From the NCBI GenBank assembly GCA_964035545.1, contig OZ037767.1, positions 15,256,998-15,320,997 of the forward strand: a stretch of DNA of 64,000 nt, in the 5' to 3' direction. The notes below the pieces were generated by a model. That model saw nothing but the letters and a program-made list of their open reading frames with translations. It ran no database searches and was not told the DNA's origin. A program made the position numbers and the translations under genes. This document shows positions 1 through 12,716 of the stretch, piece by piece. Origin of the DNA: Bugula neritina (Eukaryota > Animalia > Bryozoa). The first letter of the stretch is position 1, and every line of letters starts with the position of its first letter.

Positions 1-974
1 TCTATAGGTATTCTTTCTGCATGGTTTGATATATTGAAAAGTTTTAGCTGCTGCTCTGTTGTCAGCTGACTCATCAAAAGAGTGAGAATCTCTGTTTGGT
101 TAGTCTTAGCTGCTTCCTGTATCACTGTATTACCATCTCTATTCTGTATCTTGAGTAGCTCCACCTTCTGTTCTACTGACACACCATCTAGTAGACATTT
201 GATGGTGTCAGTATGTCCTCTCCATGCTGCACAGTGTATAGCTGTCTCATCCTCACTGCTCTGTATCTTGAGTAGCTCTACCTTCTGTTCTACTGATACA
301 CCATCTAGTAGACATTTGATGGTGTCAGTATGTCCTTCGCATGCTGCAATGTTTATAGCATAAGACTCAGTTGTCTTGAGTAGCTCTACCTTCTGTTCTA
401 CTGATACACCATCTAGTAGACATTTGATGGTGTCAGTATGTCCTCTCCATGCTGCACTGTGTATAGCTGTCTTATTAAGGGAACTCTGAGTCTGTATCTT
501 GAGTAGCTCTACCTTCTGTTCTACTGATACACCATCTAGTACACATTTGATGGTGTCAGTATGTCCTTCCCATGCTGCACAGTGTATAGCTGTCTCATCG
601 TCACTGTCCTGTATCTTGAGTAGCTCTACCTTCAGTTCTACTGATACACCATCTAGTAGACATTTAATGGTGTCAGTATGACCTCTCCATGCTGCACTGT
701 GTATAGCTGTCTCATCTTCACTGTCCTGTATCTTGAGTAGCTCTACCTTCTGTTCTACTGATACATCATCTAGTAGACATTTGATGATGTCAGTATGTCC
801 TCCGCATGCTGCCCTGTGTATTGCATCACACTCCTCACATAATAGTCTATATCTCTCTTCTAATGATATGAAAGGAAGGCACTTCTTCAGCTCAATCAGA
901 ATATTTCCCTCTTTATCTCCACCTCTAATACTAGTGAGTATTTGAGTAAACTTTAGCACTTCATTCTGATTCAT
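1..974 (-). CDS. Intronless ankyrin-repeat protein, 3'-partial (>=324 aa; N-cap plus ~7 ankyrin-like units)
   Basis: Manual translation from ATG at 974 stays open to position 1: MNQNEVLKF...CDAIHRAACGGHTDIIKCLLDDVSVEQKVELLKIQDSEDETAIHSAAWRGHTDTIKCLLDG...SNHAERIPI. TAIHxAAxxGHxDxIKxLL matches the ankyrin consensus. It is absent from the ORF track because it has no stop inside the window. Confidence 0.93.
   Translation of the reverse strand, partial: MNQNEVLKFTQILTSIRGGDKEGNILIELKKCLPFISLEERYRLLCEECDAIHRAACGGHTDIIKCLLDDVSVEQKVELLKIQDSEDETAIHSAAWRGHTDTIKCLLDGVSVELKVELLKIQDSDDETAIHCAAWEGHTDTIKCVLDGVSVEQKVELLKIQTQSSLNKTAIHSAAWRGHTDTIKCLLDGVSVEQKVELLKTTESYAINIAACEGHTDTIKCLLDGVSVEQKVELLKIQSSEDETAIHCAAWRGHTDTIKCLLDGVSVEQKVELLKIQNRDGNTVIQEAAKTNQTEILTLLMSQLTTEQQLKLFNISNHAERIPI
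117..826 (-). repeat. Coding tandem repeat of ankyrin units (spacings 117,117,123,108,117 bp)
   Basis: The anchor AGTA(G/C)ACAT ends at 780, 663, 546, 423, 315 and 198. All spacings are multiples of 3. Confidence 0.95.
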
Positions 975-1293
975 CTCAACTGACCTTTTAGTAAGAACTC
1001 TCCATCTTTAGCAGCTCTTCAAATAGACTAATATTAATAATAATATGCTAGACTAGAAAACTCCACGATACACAATGACAATGTCTATCCTCAGACTATA
1101 TATAATATTATTACTAAATTATAACTTATTTTTTCATTTTAAGCTCTAAACTTTCACACGTGTATAACAGTAGTCGTTAACTTTCTGTAAATTACTAACC
1201 AGAATCTTCTCAATATGGCGTGCCTACTTGTGTAGCGCTTATCTATCAACTATAACTATAACTAGCCTGTACAATATGCAGTTCCGTAGTACA

Positions 1294-1325
1294 GGGAATT
1301 CACGACGAAATAGATGGGAAATTCC
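1294..1325. promoter_or_regulatory. Paired NF-kB (kB)-type sites ~320-350 bp upstream of the ankyrin ATG (duplicated at 23243-23274)
   Basis: GGGAATTCAC at 1294-1303 and GGGAAATTCC at 1316-1325. The latter fits the GGGRNWYYCC consensus exactly. Function is inferred from motif only. Confidence 0.5.
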
Positions 1326-1790
1326 ATTCACTCCCATTACTCATTTTAAATCGGCCTGTCAACAAACAATTGCGTTAGGTAACGCGTCAAAGTGGAGAAT
1401 ACTCATAGAAACTATTATAATTAATAGAATAAGACAACACAACTCATATTACTCAGCCTGTAGCATTCTGTAAATAATACGGCCTGACGCATCCGATGTA
1501 CTAACTACCAGGCAGTGGTTGTAGACAGTCATGCTATACAAAATTATAACATGATTACATAAGCTGTTCATAATATTATAATATTTGGAGTAATATAAAC
1601 TTTCAACTTCTTATATCTGAACTTTTGTACCATAAATGTAATTCTACATAAAATTAGGCTTAAGTGTTATAAAAATCCAATTGAAGTCAGTTATTGTCTT
1701 GACGCTAAATAAAAAGCAATAATTAATGGAAGACTTATAGAATGTTTACAGCCTTATGTTATTTGTACTATTGTGATATTTATGTTTCAG

Positions 1791-1965
1791 ACTATTATAT
1801 AATATATGGTGCAAATGTTAATCGGTAATTTAATTTTGCAAATGCGAGCAAACAAGCATGTGTAAGAGTAGTTTTCTCTCAAATCTACTCTTACACATGC
1901 TTGTTTGCTCGCATTTGCAAAATTATATTACAGATTAACATTCGCATCATATATTATATAATAGT
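1791..1965. repeat. Long palindrome/hairpin (81-bp arms, 13-nt loop)
   Basis: 1791-1871 is the reverse complement of 1885-1965 with 4 mismatches. The inner ~40 bp are perfect. Confidence 0.95.
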
Positions 1966-2151
1966 TTTGCGGTGGCTTATAATATGTTAGCTTCATTCAA
2001 AATATCTGGCAAAAAGTTTACCATGAGCTAAATGATATGATCTCTAATGATCATCATAATTTTAACTCAATATATATTTATAAAATAATTGCTTCCAATA
2101 AAAAATGAAAACTTCCATATGCATAAAACACTTGCATGACATAAAAGATGA

Positions 2152-2282
2152 AATGAAATACCCGGCTAAGCTAAGCACAGACACCACGATGTTTGTGGGA
2201 GCTCTGCATGGCATGCTGAACCCGGAAGGCTTAGCCTGTGTTATGGAAGAACTGTTTGGCCCAGTCATCTATGCCAGCATTG
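2152..2282 (+). pseudogene. CPEB1: CPEB1/orb pseudogene: 5' part of the RRM2 exon (5'-truncated, interrupted by the giant insertion)
   Basis: [32 protein letters not shown] matches CPEB1 RRM2 ([31 protein letters not shown]). No RRM1 exon or splice acceptor is seen upstream. Confidence 0.9.
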
Positions 2283-5200
2283 CAGTATATATTTTCCTAG
2301 AATGTTGTTTAGAGACATAAAAAAACTGCCTATGCACAACATACTTTGCATCTGTTTAGTATCTCGTAATTAGACATAAAAAAATCAAAGCCAATTATAA
2401 GGCAAAAGACCATAATACTGTACTATCATTGGATAGTTCTTCATCAATAAACAGGTAGTCGCCAGTGGTGGATATGAACCCCTCCTAGATGTTTCTCGTA
2501 CTTCTTCCTCAAAAAACATTTTCATTAAGCCAAAAAGAAATAACAATACACCTTTTTAGTTGACAGTTTTTAATTTCTGACTGATATTTCACCTTATTTC
2601 CAATTATAATTAACTTTTAACCGGCACTTTTCTTTGTAGTAATTCCTACCCTTTAGACTGTGTACTTTGAAATGAGTCTGTTTTACTCGTTACATAAAGT
2701 ATAGTTGCACTGGCTACAGGTTGACACAAAAGCAAGCCTATCTTGATAAAATCATGCGCAAATGTAGAAACTACCGAGGAGTTTGTTCCTCATAATTAGA
2801 AATTGACAAATTATTTTTAATCCGTTTAAAAGCATCTGGTTAGGGAAGCATATGCCGTGTTCAATTTGTTATTCTAGCATTAACAATAACAGAATGCAAT
2901 AATTATAAGTTTATGAAAGTAATTTGTTTTCTTTCTAATTACAAATATAATATTTTAGTATATATTGTAAATTTATAAGGCTTGCATTAGGAATAACGCA
3001 GCTAAAACATCATTTTCCTTAAAGTCTTAAAAATATATAAGTATAACATAATACACTATGCCAATAAACTTATTAAAGTACCAAGCAAGCTTAGCTAGTT
3101 TAAGAAAAATTACACTAGGTAAATTCCCATTATTTATAGAATGCTTGCTGATATTAGCTTTTGATGTAATTAAAGTAAATTATTATTTATCTTTCTAGCT
3201 AAGGATTTCTTGCCGTAAGTTTTGCTTTTATGCATGGAGAAATGTCGTAACAAACGAGTTAAATTTTTATAGCACATAAAAATGTAATCTATAAGTCGAA
3301 GATATTTAAACTTAGCCATTAACTCATTTTAATTAGCAATGTAGCCTAAATCTAATACAATACAAAATATATACCAGTATATATAATATATTTTTACCAT
3401 GCTGTTAATTACAGTATTTGTAAAACAAATTTTATGCTCATTAATTAAATGCAACAAATATTTATAAAATACTAATAATGTTGAATAAATAAATTCAATA
3501 ATTCCTTTTCTATTTAAATGGCTGCATAATTTCTTGCAAGGTTGTATAAAGGAGTTGTGGCCTACAACTTATCATGTGTTCAATTGCCACATATGTCTTA
3601 GGAAGAAGAAAACTCCCCAAAAATTCTTGGTTTGAAAATTCTAGTATAATTAAAATCACTTAATATATGTCTTTGAAATGCATTTTGCCACTCTGCAAAA
3701 TTGCAGGAACAAATATTGCATGAAGTAATAAATGATTTATGAAGTAATTAACAAACCAATGTAAAAACTGTTGTTGAATATAGAACACAACATATTGATT
3801 TTCTTCAATTTCCACATCAAATCTATATATTCAATTATATCTAACCAATGCTAATAAACTAAACATGCATGCATACAAATATTTGCATCATATGCAAGTA
3901 ATATTAGCTAATTAGCAACTATAGCATTTTTTTCATTATCTTTATTGCTTGCATATGTCTAAGTATTATTAAAATAAGGTTTTTATTTGCAACTTTGCAC
4001 CACAAATTACATAAAATCTAAAAACTTGAGTTGTGACATGCATTAGGGCTACCTATACACAGATAGACCTTCATAAAACTCTCAATGATTTTATTCAACT
4101 CATGTATGCAAAAGTTTTGCATTAAAACAATTCTTCTAAATCACCCTAGAGCAGGAAATTATTACAAAAACAGCTTCTCATATATAATCTTTCTCCAGAT
4201 TAATTTTTTTTCCTGTATTTAAACTAACTTAGCAAGTGAAGATTGTGATATCACTCAGGTAATCACATATATATTATTCATAGCTGTAATACTTTAACAA
4301 TGAATAGATCATGTTTAATTTCCACTCTACCTATAGCAGTTTTTCAGAATTATAGAGCTATGTATATCGTGAAATTGAAATAGCCTAATAGTTTTACATG
4401 TGTTTATAGCTAGACAAATTAACTTAAAAAGCTTACAATAATTAGATGATATTTGCATTCTTTTGAAGGTTATGGTGAAGCTACTGCAAAACTGGCCATT
4501 AGTTTAGCATAATATGCAATGCCACGCAAAAGCATGCCAAACAAGCAATGTTTATTTACCTTACCAGTGCAATTTTATCACCTTAAACACAAAATCAAGT
4601 ATAAAATACACATCCATATTAGATTAACTGTCAAGTTAAAAAAAGACAACATATATTCATGAGCTGGTTCTGTTTGCACAAGTACAATTTAGACCAGCTT
4701 ATTATTTAGATTGCCACAAAAATATGACCTAAAATATGTCTTTAATCATTATTTTGATATTCACTGGTTGAAGATATTTTTTATATCCTAATATGTAAAT
4801 ATTGTACATGAATCTTAAAAATTAACTAGGTGAATAAGGAAAACTGCTAATTTTATGAAACTGTTATGTTAATAAAGACAATGGCTATCAACAAATCCCA
4901 CCAGACCACAAACTAATTGTAAATACTAAAGCAATTATATAGTGCTATGTGTTGATCTAGCCTAGTCAATACACCACAAATATGTATTATGACATACCGC
5001 ATTTTAAGTACTGGGTTACCATTTATTCTAATGGGTATTTGTTTAAACTGTTATATACAGCTTTTTGCACTACCAATATACAAGCCAGTTGTTATTCTGT
5101 CACTTTTTATCTACATCTCTTTTTAATGCCAGTTACTTGTTAGCTTCAGTACAAACAGCTAAACATTCTACTCTACAGCCAATCTTACTGTTAACTCTTG

Positions 5201-7295
5201 TTTAACAATATTACAAGAATCTAAAAATTTGAGTGTGTTTTAAGTATAATATTCTATCATTATAACTTTTAACTGAAACAATAATATGATAAATGCATTA
5301 TAACTTTCTGAAAAGTTTTTTTGCAAAGTAGATGTTTTTGGAAAATAGTTTTACAACATTTGCTAGGAGCATTATATTTATTCCTATCTAAAATAATTTT
5401 GTTTGAACTGCTATGTTTGTAATCATGTAATCAGAAGTAAAGCATCAGTAAAATGAGTATAAGTAGAAGCTTGACAGCTACATTAGGCATTGCTACATAG
5501 TACATAAATATATGGCCGTATTAAATACTTAGCTGCATTCACAGATAAATGCATGGCTTGGAATTACAATACCATGAATACATTATTTATTTAGCTGGGT
5601 AACTATACAATTATGCCAAAGTGAAAAGCTTTTGGTTATTAATGCCTGAAATGTCTAACAATCTACTTGGGAGACCACCTTGTTGTTACAGAGTGAATGA
5701 GTTATTTGTTTGGCATTTGGATGATGGCACAAAGAAAGGCTATTTGGTTTGTTACTTGAGACTAGTAGCAAACTGCTACAGTCATAGCATCTTAGAAGAT
5801 TTTGCATCACTTGCTAGAATTGTACATTATTTTAATGTAGCTATTGAAATTAATATCTCACTGAAAACACAGTATTGCAAAATCTTAAGCTGTACATAAT
5901 TATATTATGCATCAAAAAGTACTTCTGCTATTCGACTATCCCAGGTTTATTTTAAACTAGCACTGCCAAAGTGCCTTGACTCTATTACAGTGTTTACTAG
6001 CTAATTTTGTTCTTCTCAATAGTGAAATAGATCTATTGCAAGAAATTAATGACTAGATATAACAATAATGATTTTTAGGCAAGACTTTCGCATCTATATT
6101 GCTCATCTGCTAGCTTGAAATACCCCTCTCCTTGGACTAATCTCAGGCTTTTCATTGTTGTTTAAACAGTTTTTAAACTCCTATTTCAATAAATCATTAC
6201 CAACACTGCCTGCATGTATTAATATTCATTAGTGCCATCAATGCACTGTGGAGACAGCACCTGATGTTCTGTATATTACATTATAGTACAGAGATACTAA
6301 ATCCAAAACATCTAAAATAATTGATGCTTCTACCAGATTTTTAGCACACCTATAATATGTATTCCTGTAGTAAATATTAATAAGATGTTTTAACTGATAG
6401 TTTTTATGCCATTATAATAGTTTGATACTATAACTACAACTTGAAACTCTTTAACCAGCACATTGGTTAGTAATATTGCTTCTTGATATTTAATTGCTGG
6501 TTCACAAACTATCAATAATAGGGATGCATATCAAAACTTGACTGCATTCATAATATGATTTTAATGCTAGGTAATGACTAAGCATGTCTGGCTGATATGA
6601 GGTGACTATTTTGTACACTGTTTAACAACATCAGCTTTTTGGGTTCATTTAAAGCATCTGCAAATCTGTATTATACATAATTACTGTTAGGGCCAATTAA
6701 TTAAATTGTTAACCCTGAAATGCTTTTTACACTGTAATACTAAGTAGTAAAAGATATGTATATATATATATATATATAAACTGATTGTAATTTATACGTT
6801 TTGTAGGTAGTGGGTTAATGTCAATAAAGTAGAATCCGGGAAGTTGAGTAGCTTTATTCAAGAGGAAGGCTCTCCAACAGTTCTACCAAAGCCTAAATAA
6901 CATGTATAAAATAAAGGTTATATGCACAATTTTTTCTCCAAAACAGCCTGCAACTGTTTTGCTATTGCATATGCCCTATGCCATTCATCAAGTAGAACAA
7001 TTTTAACCAGGATATCTAGAAAAGTTGACACAAGGGCTTTATAAACTATGTAACAGTAAAACTGTGAGTAGAAACTAATTGACACTAATGAATAATGCTT
7101 TAGGTGCTGGCAACAACCATAAAAGAAAAGTTATATAACAAACAAATAGAAAAAGCACTAAACAAATCAACAGCATTATATACAATTGGGGCACATACAT
7201 GAAAACAGCAGCTAGTGTCATTTTCTTAAGACAGCACTATTTTAGGTATAAATTTAAGAAGTATTAGAAAATGCAGAAATTTACTGCAATTGGTT

Positions 7296-7681
7296 CATTT
7301 TATTTAAGTTAGTACATACTGAAGATCTCAAGTTTTTGCTAATGAACATGAGTTTTGGCCCGAAACTAAAAAAATATCAATAAATACACCTAAATAATCA
7401 AGGCTCTTTTTAATTTTCTTTGATTTCCTATGCTTTTTTTTAATTACAGCAACTTCTGACTGGGGATCGCCACGGTTAGTTTGTAACAGTAGGCAATCCA
7501 AATGAAATGAATAAACAGGAAAAAACATGAGAAATCATGCAAAATTAAGAAGAACCTTGATTATTTAGGTGTATTTCTTGATGTCTCACTAATTTTAAGC
7601 AAAAAGCATTGTTCATTAGCAGCTAAAATGTAAAAATGGCTAAAAACTGCAGATTTCCAGTGTGTACTAAATTAAATAAAA
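7296..7681. mobile_element. Old foldback/MITE-like element with long imperfect inverted arms (copy 2 ~29305-29690)
   Basis: TTTTATTTAAGTTAGTACATACTG...AAATACACCTAAATAATCAAGG on the left pairs with CCTTGATTATTTAGGTGTATTT...CAGTGTGTACTAAATTAAATAAAA on the right. TSD not resolved. Confidence 0.7.
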
Positions 7682-9749
7682 GGGCTCAATCACCTTTGCA
7701 ACATAATTCAATAATTGCATGGTCAAGCAGAATAAACTACAATTAACAGCAACAACAGTGTAATAGTTGCGTAGAAAAGTTGTACTGCAAAAAACTAAAA
7801 GAATGCAAAATCTATAAATGTGTGCTACCAAGTAAATGCTGAACAGACATCATGAAATAGTGTACGAAATACAAACTATTGAACTTACCTGTTGATCTAA
7901 TGCAGCCAAAACCTTAAGCTTAGAGTAGTGGAATGGTGCTGTTCGATGTTGATATGCTACAAGTAGCTAAGATGACTCAAATTCTTGCCTTTAGGAGTAA
8001 GAGGCCTCAGCTCAGTTTCAACAAAACTTCCAATAATCTCAACGGATGCGCTCAATTAGGAGCCACAACAAAGCACACCCATGTCATTTTAGTAAACTCT
8101 AAAAAATGAACGGAAATAAAACTGTTAGAGAGTAAACAGAGAAACATATAGTGATGGGGGAAAAACCTGTCAGCAAAGGTTATATACACTCATAGCCATA
8201 ACACGAAGAAAAAGATAATGAATAACAACCTATTCAAGATGACACAAGAAACCAAACAAATTTCTTTGACTAAAAAATATTATTAAATACTATATTACTT
8301 GGCAAAAAATATTTGTTTTGAACAACGTATTATTGGGAAGAATTGCCAGTGTCTTAAATTTTGAGATTAAAATTTCTGCCTTATAGCGGAAATAGAGAGG
8401 CAATCAATAGTGTACAAAACATGTTTTCAGTCATTGGCTGTTGACTAAATTGACAAAGTTAAAGAAAGCTTCCATATCATTATTTATTTTGTTCTCAAGT
8501 GTGTGGTTACAGTTTCATGAGTCAGAAATATAATTATTTGAGATATGAAATCAAATGTAGTCAAAAGAGTGTCATACAATTTAAAATGTAGTAATAGAGC
8601 TTTGACAATAATTTCTTCTGCTAAGTAAAACAGGTACCATTATGTGCTACTTATCTTTTAGAGATGAACATCAAGGATGTTGAAAACAAAATAGTTGTAA
8701 ATTACAGCAAATACCTTTCTACTTACCTAACCAGAGAAAATAAGTTTTCAACCTTGCATGCACTCAGCTGGTTTTCAATGTTTGGATCAGTGACATCTTT
8801 ATAACTGATAGCAGCATTATGTGATAGCTTTAGGAATTGTTACCTTAAATCTAAATTATATAGAACAAGAAGTGCAAAAATATGGCATTAGTACTCATTG
8901 CACAATACACACTTGCTAGAGTAGCTAATCTAGCATCACATTAATTTAAGAAAGACAAAATTTTATTACTGTTCACAAATGATGAATATTAAAATTTGAA
9001 TAATTAGACAAATTAACAATGATATTGATGTTACTTCAAACATTACTAATGGTAAACACCAAAATACTAATAGGAATAGTCATGTTAACATCAATTAGAA
9101 AAGTAAAGATAATTTGAAAATGAGACAGTTTATAGGTCTAACTCTTATAGTTGACAAGCAATTACAGGGCAGTCATATTGATGTAGGCTACCCTCAAAAT
9201 GTAGCACTTTAAAAATATTAAAAAGACAGCACATATAAGAACATAATCTTAAAAATAGGCATATGTGACACCTATATTTTGATTAACAAAGAAATCTTCT
9301 TTACTTTATTAATCTAGCTCATATAATGGTATTCTGTCTTAGTATGTTATTTTAATACTTGAAATCTAATCAGCTACAGAAAAGTACTTCAATTCAAAGG
9401 CCTTCATAATTATTCTTTAGTTTGCTATTTAAATAGACAGTAAGGTTGATGAATAAAATAAAAGTTAGTAAAGTAAAAACTAAATAAATTGAGAATAATA
9501 TCTCCACTCTAAGGTTATAATCCGTATAAATTAACATTTTAATACTCCTGTTATCCTTAGGTATAGTTGTTAGCAATTTAACTATGAGCTCAAAGCCAAA
9601 TTTCAGTATCAGCATCCCCATTACATTGACTAAGACTGACTTTATAACCCTCAAGCTGTGGCACTCAATTTCTATAAGTAGTAACTAATAACAAATATAA
9701 AATTATTTATTTGCTACTGATAGTGATAATAATAATAATTAAAAATAAT

Positions 9750-12716
9750 AATATGATCCATTAAAATAGAACTAATAAAGCCAACGACGTTAATGGTATG
9801 TCTAACTAAACATGGCATGTCTCGTCTGGCAGTGGGTATGTGGAGGGCCAGGCAACCTACGGCCGTCAACCCGTTAATGGCACAACTAAAAGAAGATACT
9901 CAAGAGAAGACAACAAAGTTGTCATGAAATGCTGCTTCAAAAGTACACCCAAATTGAGAGGTTATAGAAAAACAATGTATGAGCTCTGTAGACCCGGATC
10001 AAAGAATTATTTAAAAAGAATGTGCAAATGCTGGAAAACAGAGGAGAGTTTAACATCAGCGAATAGAGACTAGCGGATTAAGCAAGAACTATGAAGAAAC
10101 ACAAGCATTTTATGGAAGAAGAACTCCATAAGATTGAAGAAGGAACCTTGCAAGAACTAGGCACATCAATTGGTGAAGAAGATAATGAAGAGCTAAATTT
10201 GCAAATAGAGGATGTTATAGTACAACATGAGATAGCATATAAATCAGCCATGAGAATTTTAAGAGTACCTAGTTCAGAGGTAGAAAAAGTGTTAGTAGAA
10301 AAATTATAAATGAGCATAACAAACTATCTAATGATCGACCAACACTAAGAGCCCTTAGGCACATTGAGAGGGTCAAATTACTACAGGCAGTAAAACAGAT
10401 TAATGATGTGCTAAACTGTGTTGAGATTATTAATACCATTGAGCTTAATAACACCACCATGGCTTGTGCAAAAAATAGTAACAGAACAAGTGTGTAACAA
10501 AAAGGAAAAAGAAAAACTGACAATGTACAAGTATGGAAAATACGACTGCAGAAGAAATAAAAAGAAATTAGATCAGACTTAAGTAAAATAGCAGAGTGAA
10601 AAAGTAGAGCTTACAATGATTCATTGAGAAGAATGGTTGAAGAAAAATATAGGATAAAGAACAAAGAGTGTGGTGTGGTGATTGAAAAACTGAAGCAAAA
10701 CCTGAGAGCTGTAAGCCAGAAGATAAACATATATACAGAATGAGTTGATCAATATAATCAGAACACAATGTTTACAATGATAAGCGCTTTTATCAAGAAT
10801 TACGAGGAAATGAATACGTACATCTAAAGAGGCACCTGACAAGGAAATCAAAAGCATTCTGATAAAATATATGGGGTCAGCCAACTAAAAATAATACCAA
10901 TGCAGAATGACTAAATAAAGTTAGCAACAAATTGGAGCATATGTAAAGACAAGGAAATTAGATCTTAGAAACGATGCAAACAACTGGAATAGCAATTAAT
11001 GTCATAAGGTTGATAAGAAAAAGCATGAAACCTGGAAAACACAACTGAAATACCTGGAAGAAAAGATAGGAGAAATAAAGATCAAACTAAGAATTTTCCA
11101 AGGAGACTCTTTATCTCTATCCCTTTTCTCCAACTACCGATTCGCATGACAGAAGCGGCTCAATGATGCAAATTTCGACGAGACAGAAAACAAACCATCT
11201 CCTATATGTGGATGACCTGAAGGTAAATAGGAAATCAAAGTGGGAACTGGAAGCTTTGGTAAACACTGCCGGGATCTTCACAAGGAATATAGAAATGAAA
11301 TTTGGATTAAAAAATGTGCCACACTGGTTATGAGAAAGGGAAAGAAAATTAAGGACACAGGAATCAGTTTGCCTGATGAACAGGTAATCAAAGATCTGGG
11401 TGAGAAGCCGTATAAATATCTAGGAGTTCTTGAGATTGATGGAATACAAATATATGAAATGAAAAATAAGATCAAGGAGTACTACAAACAAATAAGAAAA
11501 GTTCTGGATTCAAAACTGAATGGTGAGAACACAATCAAAGCAATAAACACATGGGCAGTAACAGCAGTGCATTACACAGCTAGAATACTTGACTGAACTG
11601 TTTCATGAGCTAAAAAATATAGACTGAAAGACAAGGAAGCTAATGACAACAAACCGTGCACCCTATCCGAGAGCAGTTGTAGGCCGGCTGTATTTTAGCA
11701 GAAGGGAAGGCGGTAGAAGAATGTTGTCAACTGAAAAATGCATAAAGACTGAAAACTGCAGCATGTCAGACTACATAAATATAACATAGACTGATAGAAA
11801 CACCACACTGAATACCTTCCTAAAAGACAGAACAGCGGTAGAACTAAATAATGATAAAGTGATAGAAAGAACTGATGAGTGTAAAGAAAAGCTTCACGTG
11901 GTCAATACATCAAAATGGTGGAAGACATGAAAGCATTTTCCTGGAACTGATTGAAGTATGGTTGGCTGAAAAAAGAAACAGAAGGACTGCTGACAGCTGC
12001 GCAAAATCAACTATTCACTACTAGAAATTATAAAGTGGCTATGATGAGAGAACAGGGTAGCAAGAAGTGTGGAATGTGTAACGCAAGAGATAAAACTTCG
12101 ATGCACGTATTGAGTGAGTTTGAGAAGGTAGCAGAAGGAGAATATAAGAAAAAACACAACCTTTTGGCATTGATAATTTCAATAGTAGTTGTGTGAACTT
12201 CGTGGGTTTCAGAAAAGTAAGAATTGGTACGGCCATCAAGCAGAATAAGTACTGGAAAATGATAATGTGAAAACCTTGTAAGATTTTAACATACACACTG
12301 ACGTAGTCATCAAAGTTAGGAGACCCGATATATTAGTAGTTGACAAGCATAATGCTGAAACAACGATAATTGATATCACAGTCCCTGTTAACTACAGAGT
12401 AAAAGAAAAAAATTCGAAAAGTTAGGAAAATATCAGAATTTAGCACTAGAATAAACCCGCCTTTGGAAAACATCAAAAAAGTCATCCCGTTGTAACTGGA
12501 GCCTTTGGAGCTTTATACAAGATTGTAGACTGGCTGACACTACTTGGAGTAGCTGAAAACAAATGCTCATTAATTCAGCAGACACCCTTACTAGGATCAG
12601 GATAAGCTCACATCCTGAGGAAAGTTTTAGCCATTTCAGCCTAGTATAACTAGGCCAATGGTAAAAGGTTACACCAGCTAAAAAACTACGGTCAATCAAC
12701 AATAATAATAATAATA
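9750..12716 (+). mobile_element. Decayed R4/Dong-clade non-LTR retrotransposon (RT + restriction-like endonuclease), copy 1
   Basis: N-terminal RRYSREDNKVVMKCCFKSTPKLRGYRKTM; RT motifs IFQGDSLS (~11093) and HLLYVDDLK (~11196-11222); YKYLG; KAINTWAV; LKKETEGLLTAAQ; CxxC..H; RLE RPDILVVDK..IIDITVP (~12321). (TAA)n flanks both ends. Many stops and frameshifts. Confidence 0.9.

Noticed and set aside
117-826. CRISPR-like constant/variable alternation
   Set aside because: Units are in-frame coding ankyrin repeats in a eukaryotic context; no cas genes.
82-945. Plus-strand repetitive ORFs (SSSTFCSTDTPSSRHLMVSV)
   Set aside because: Antisense shadows of the ankyrin CDS.
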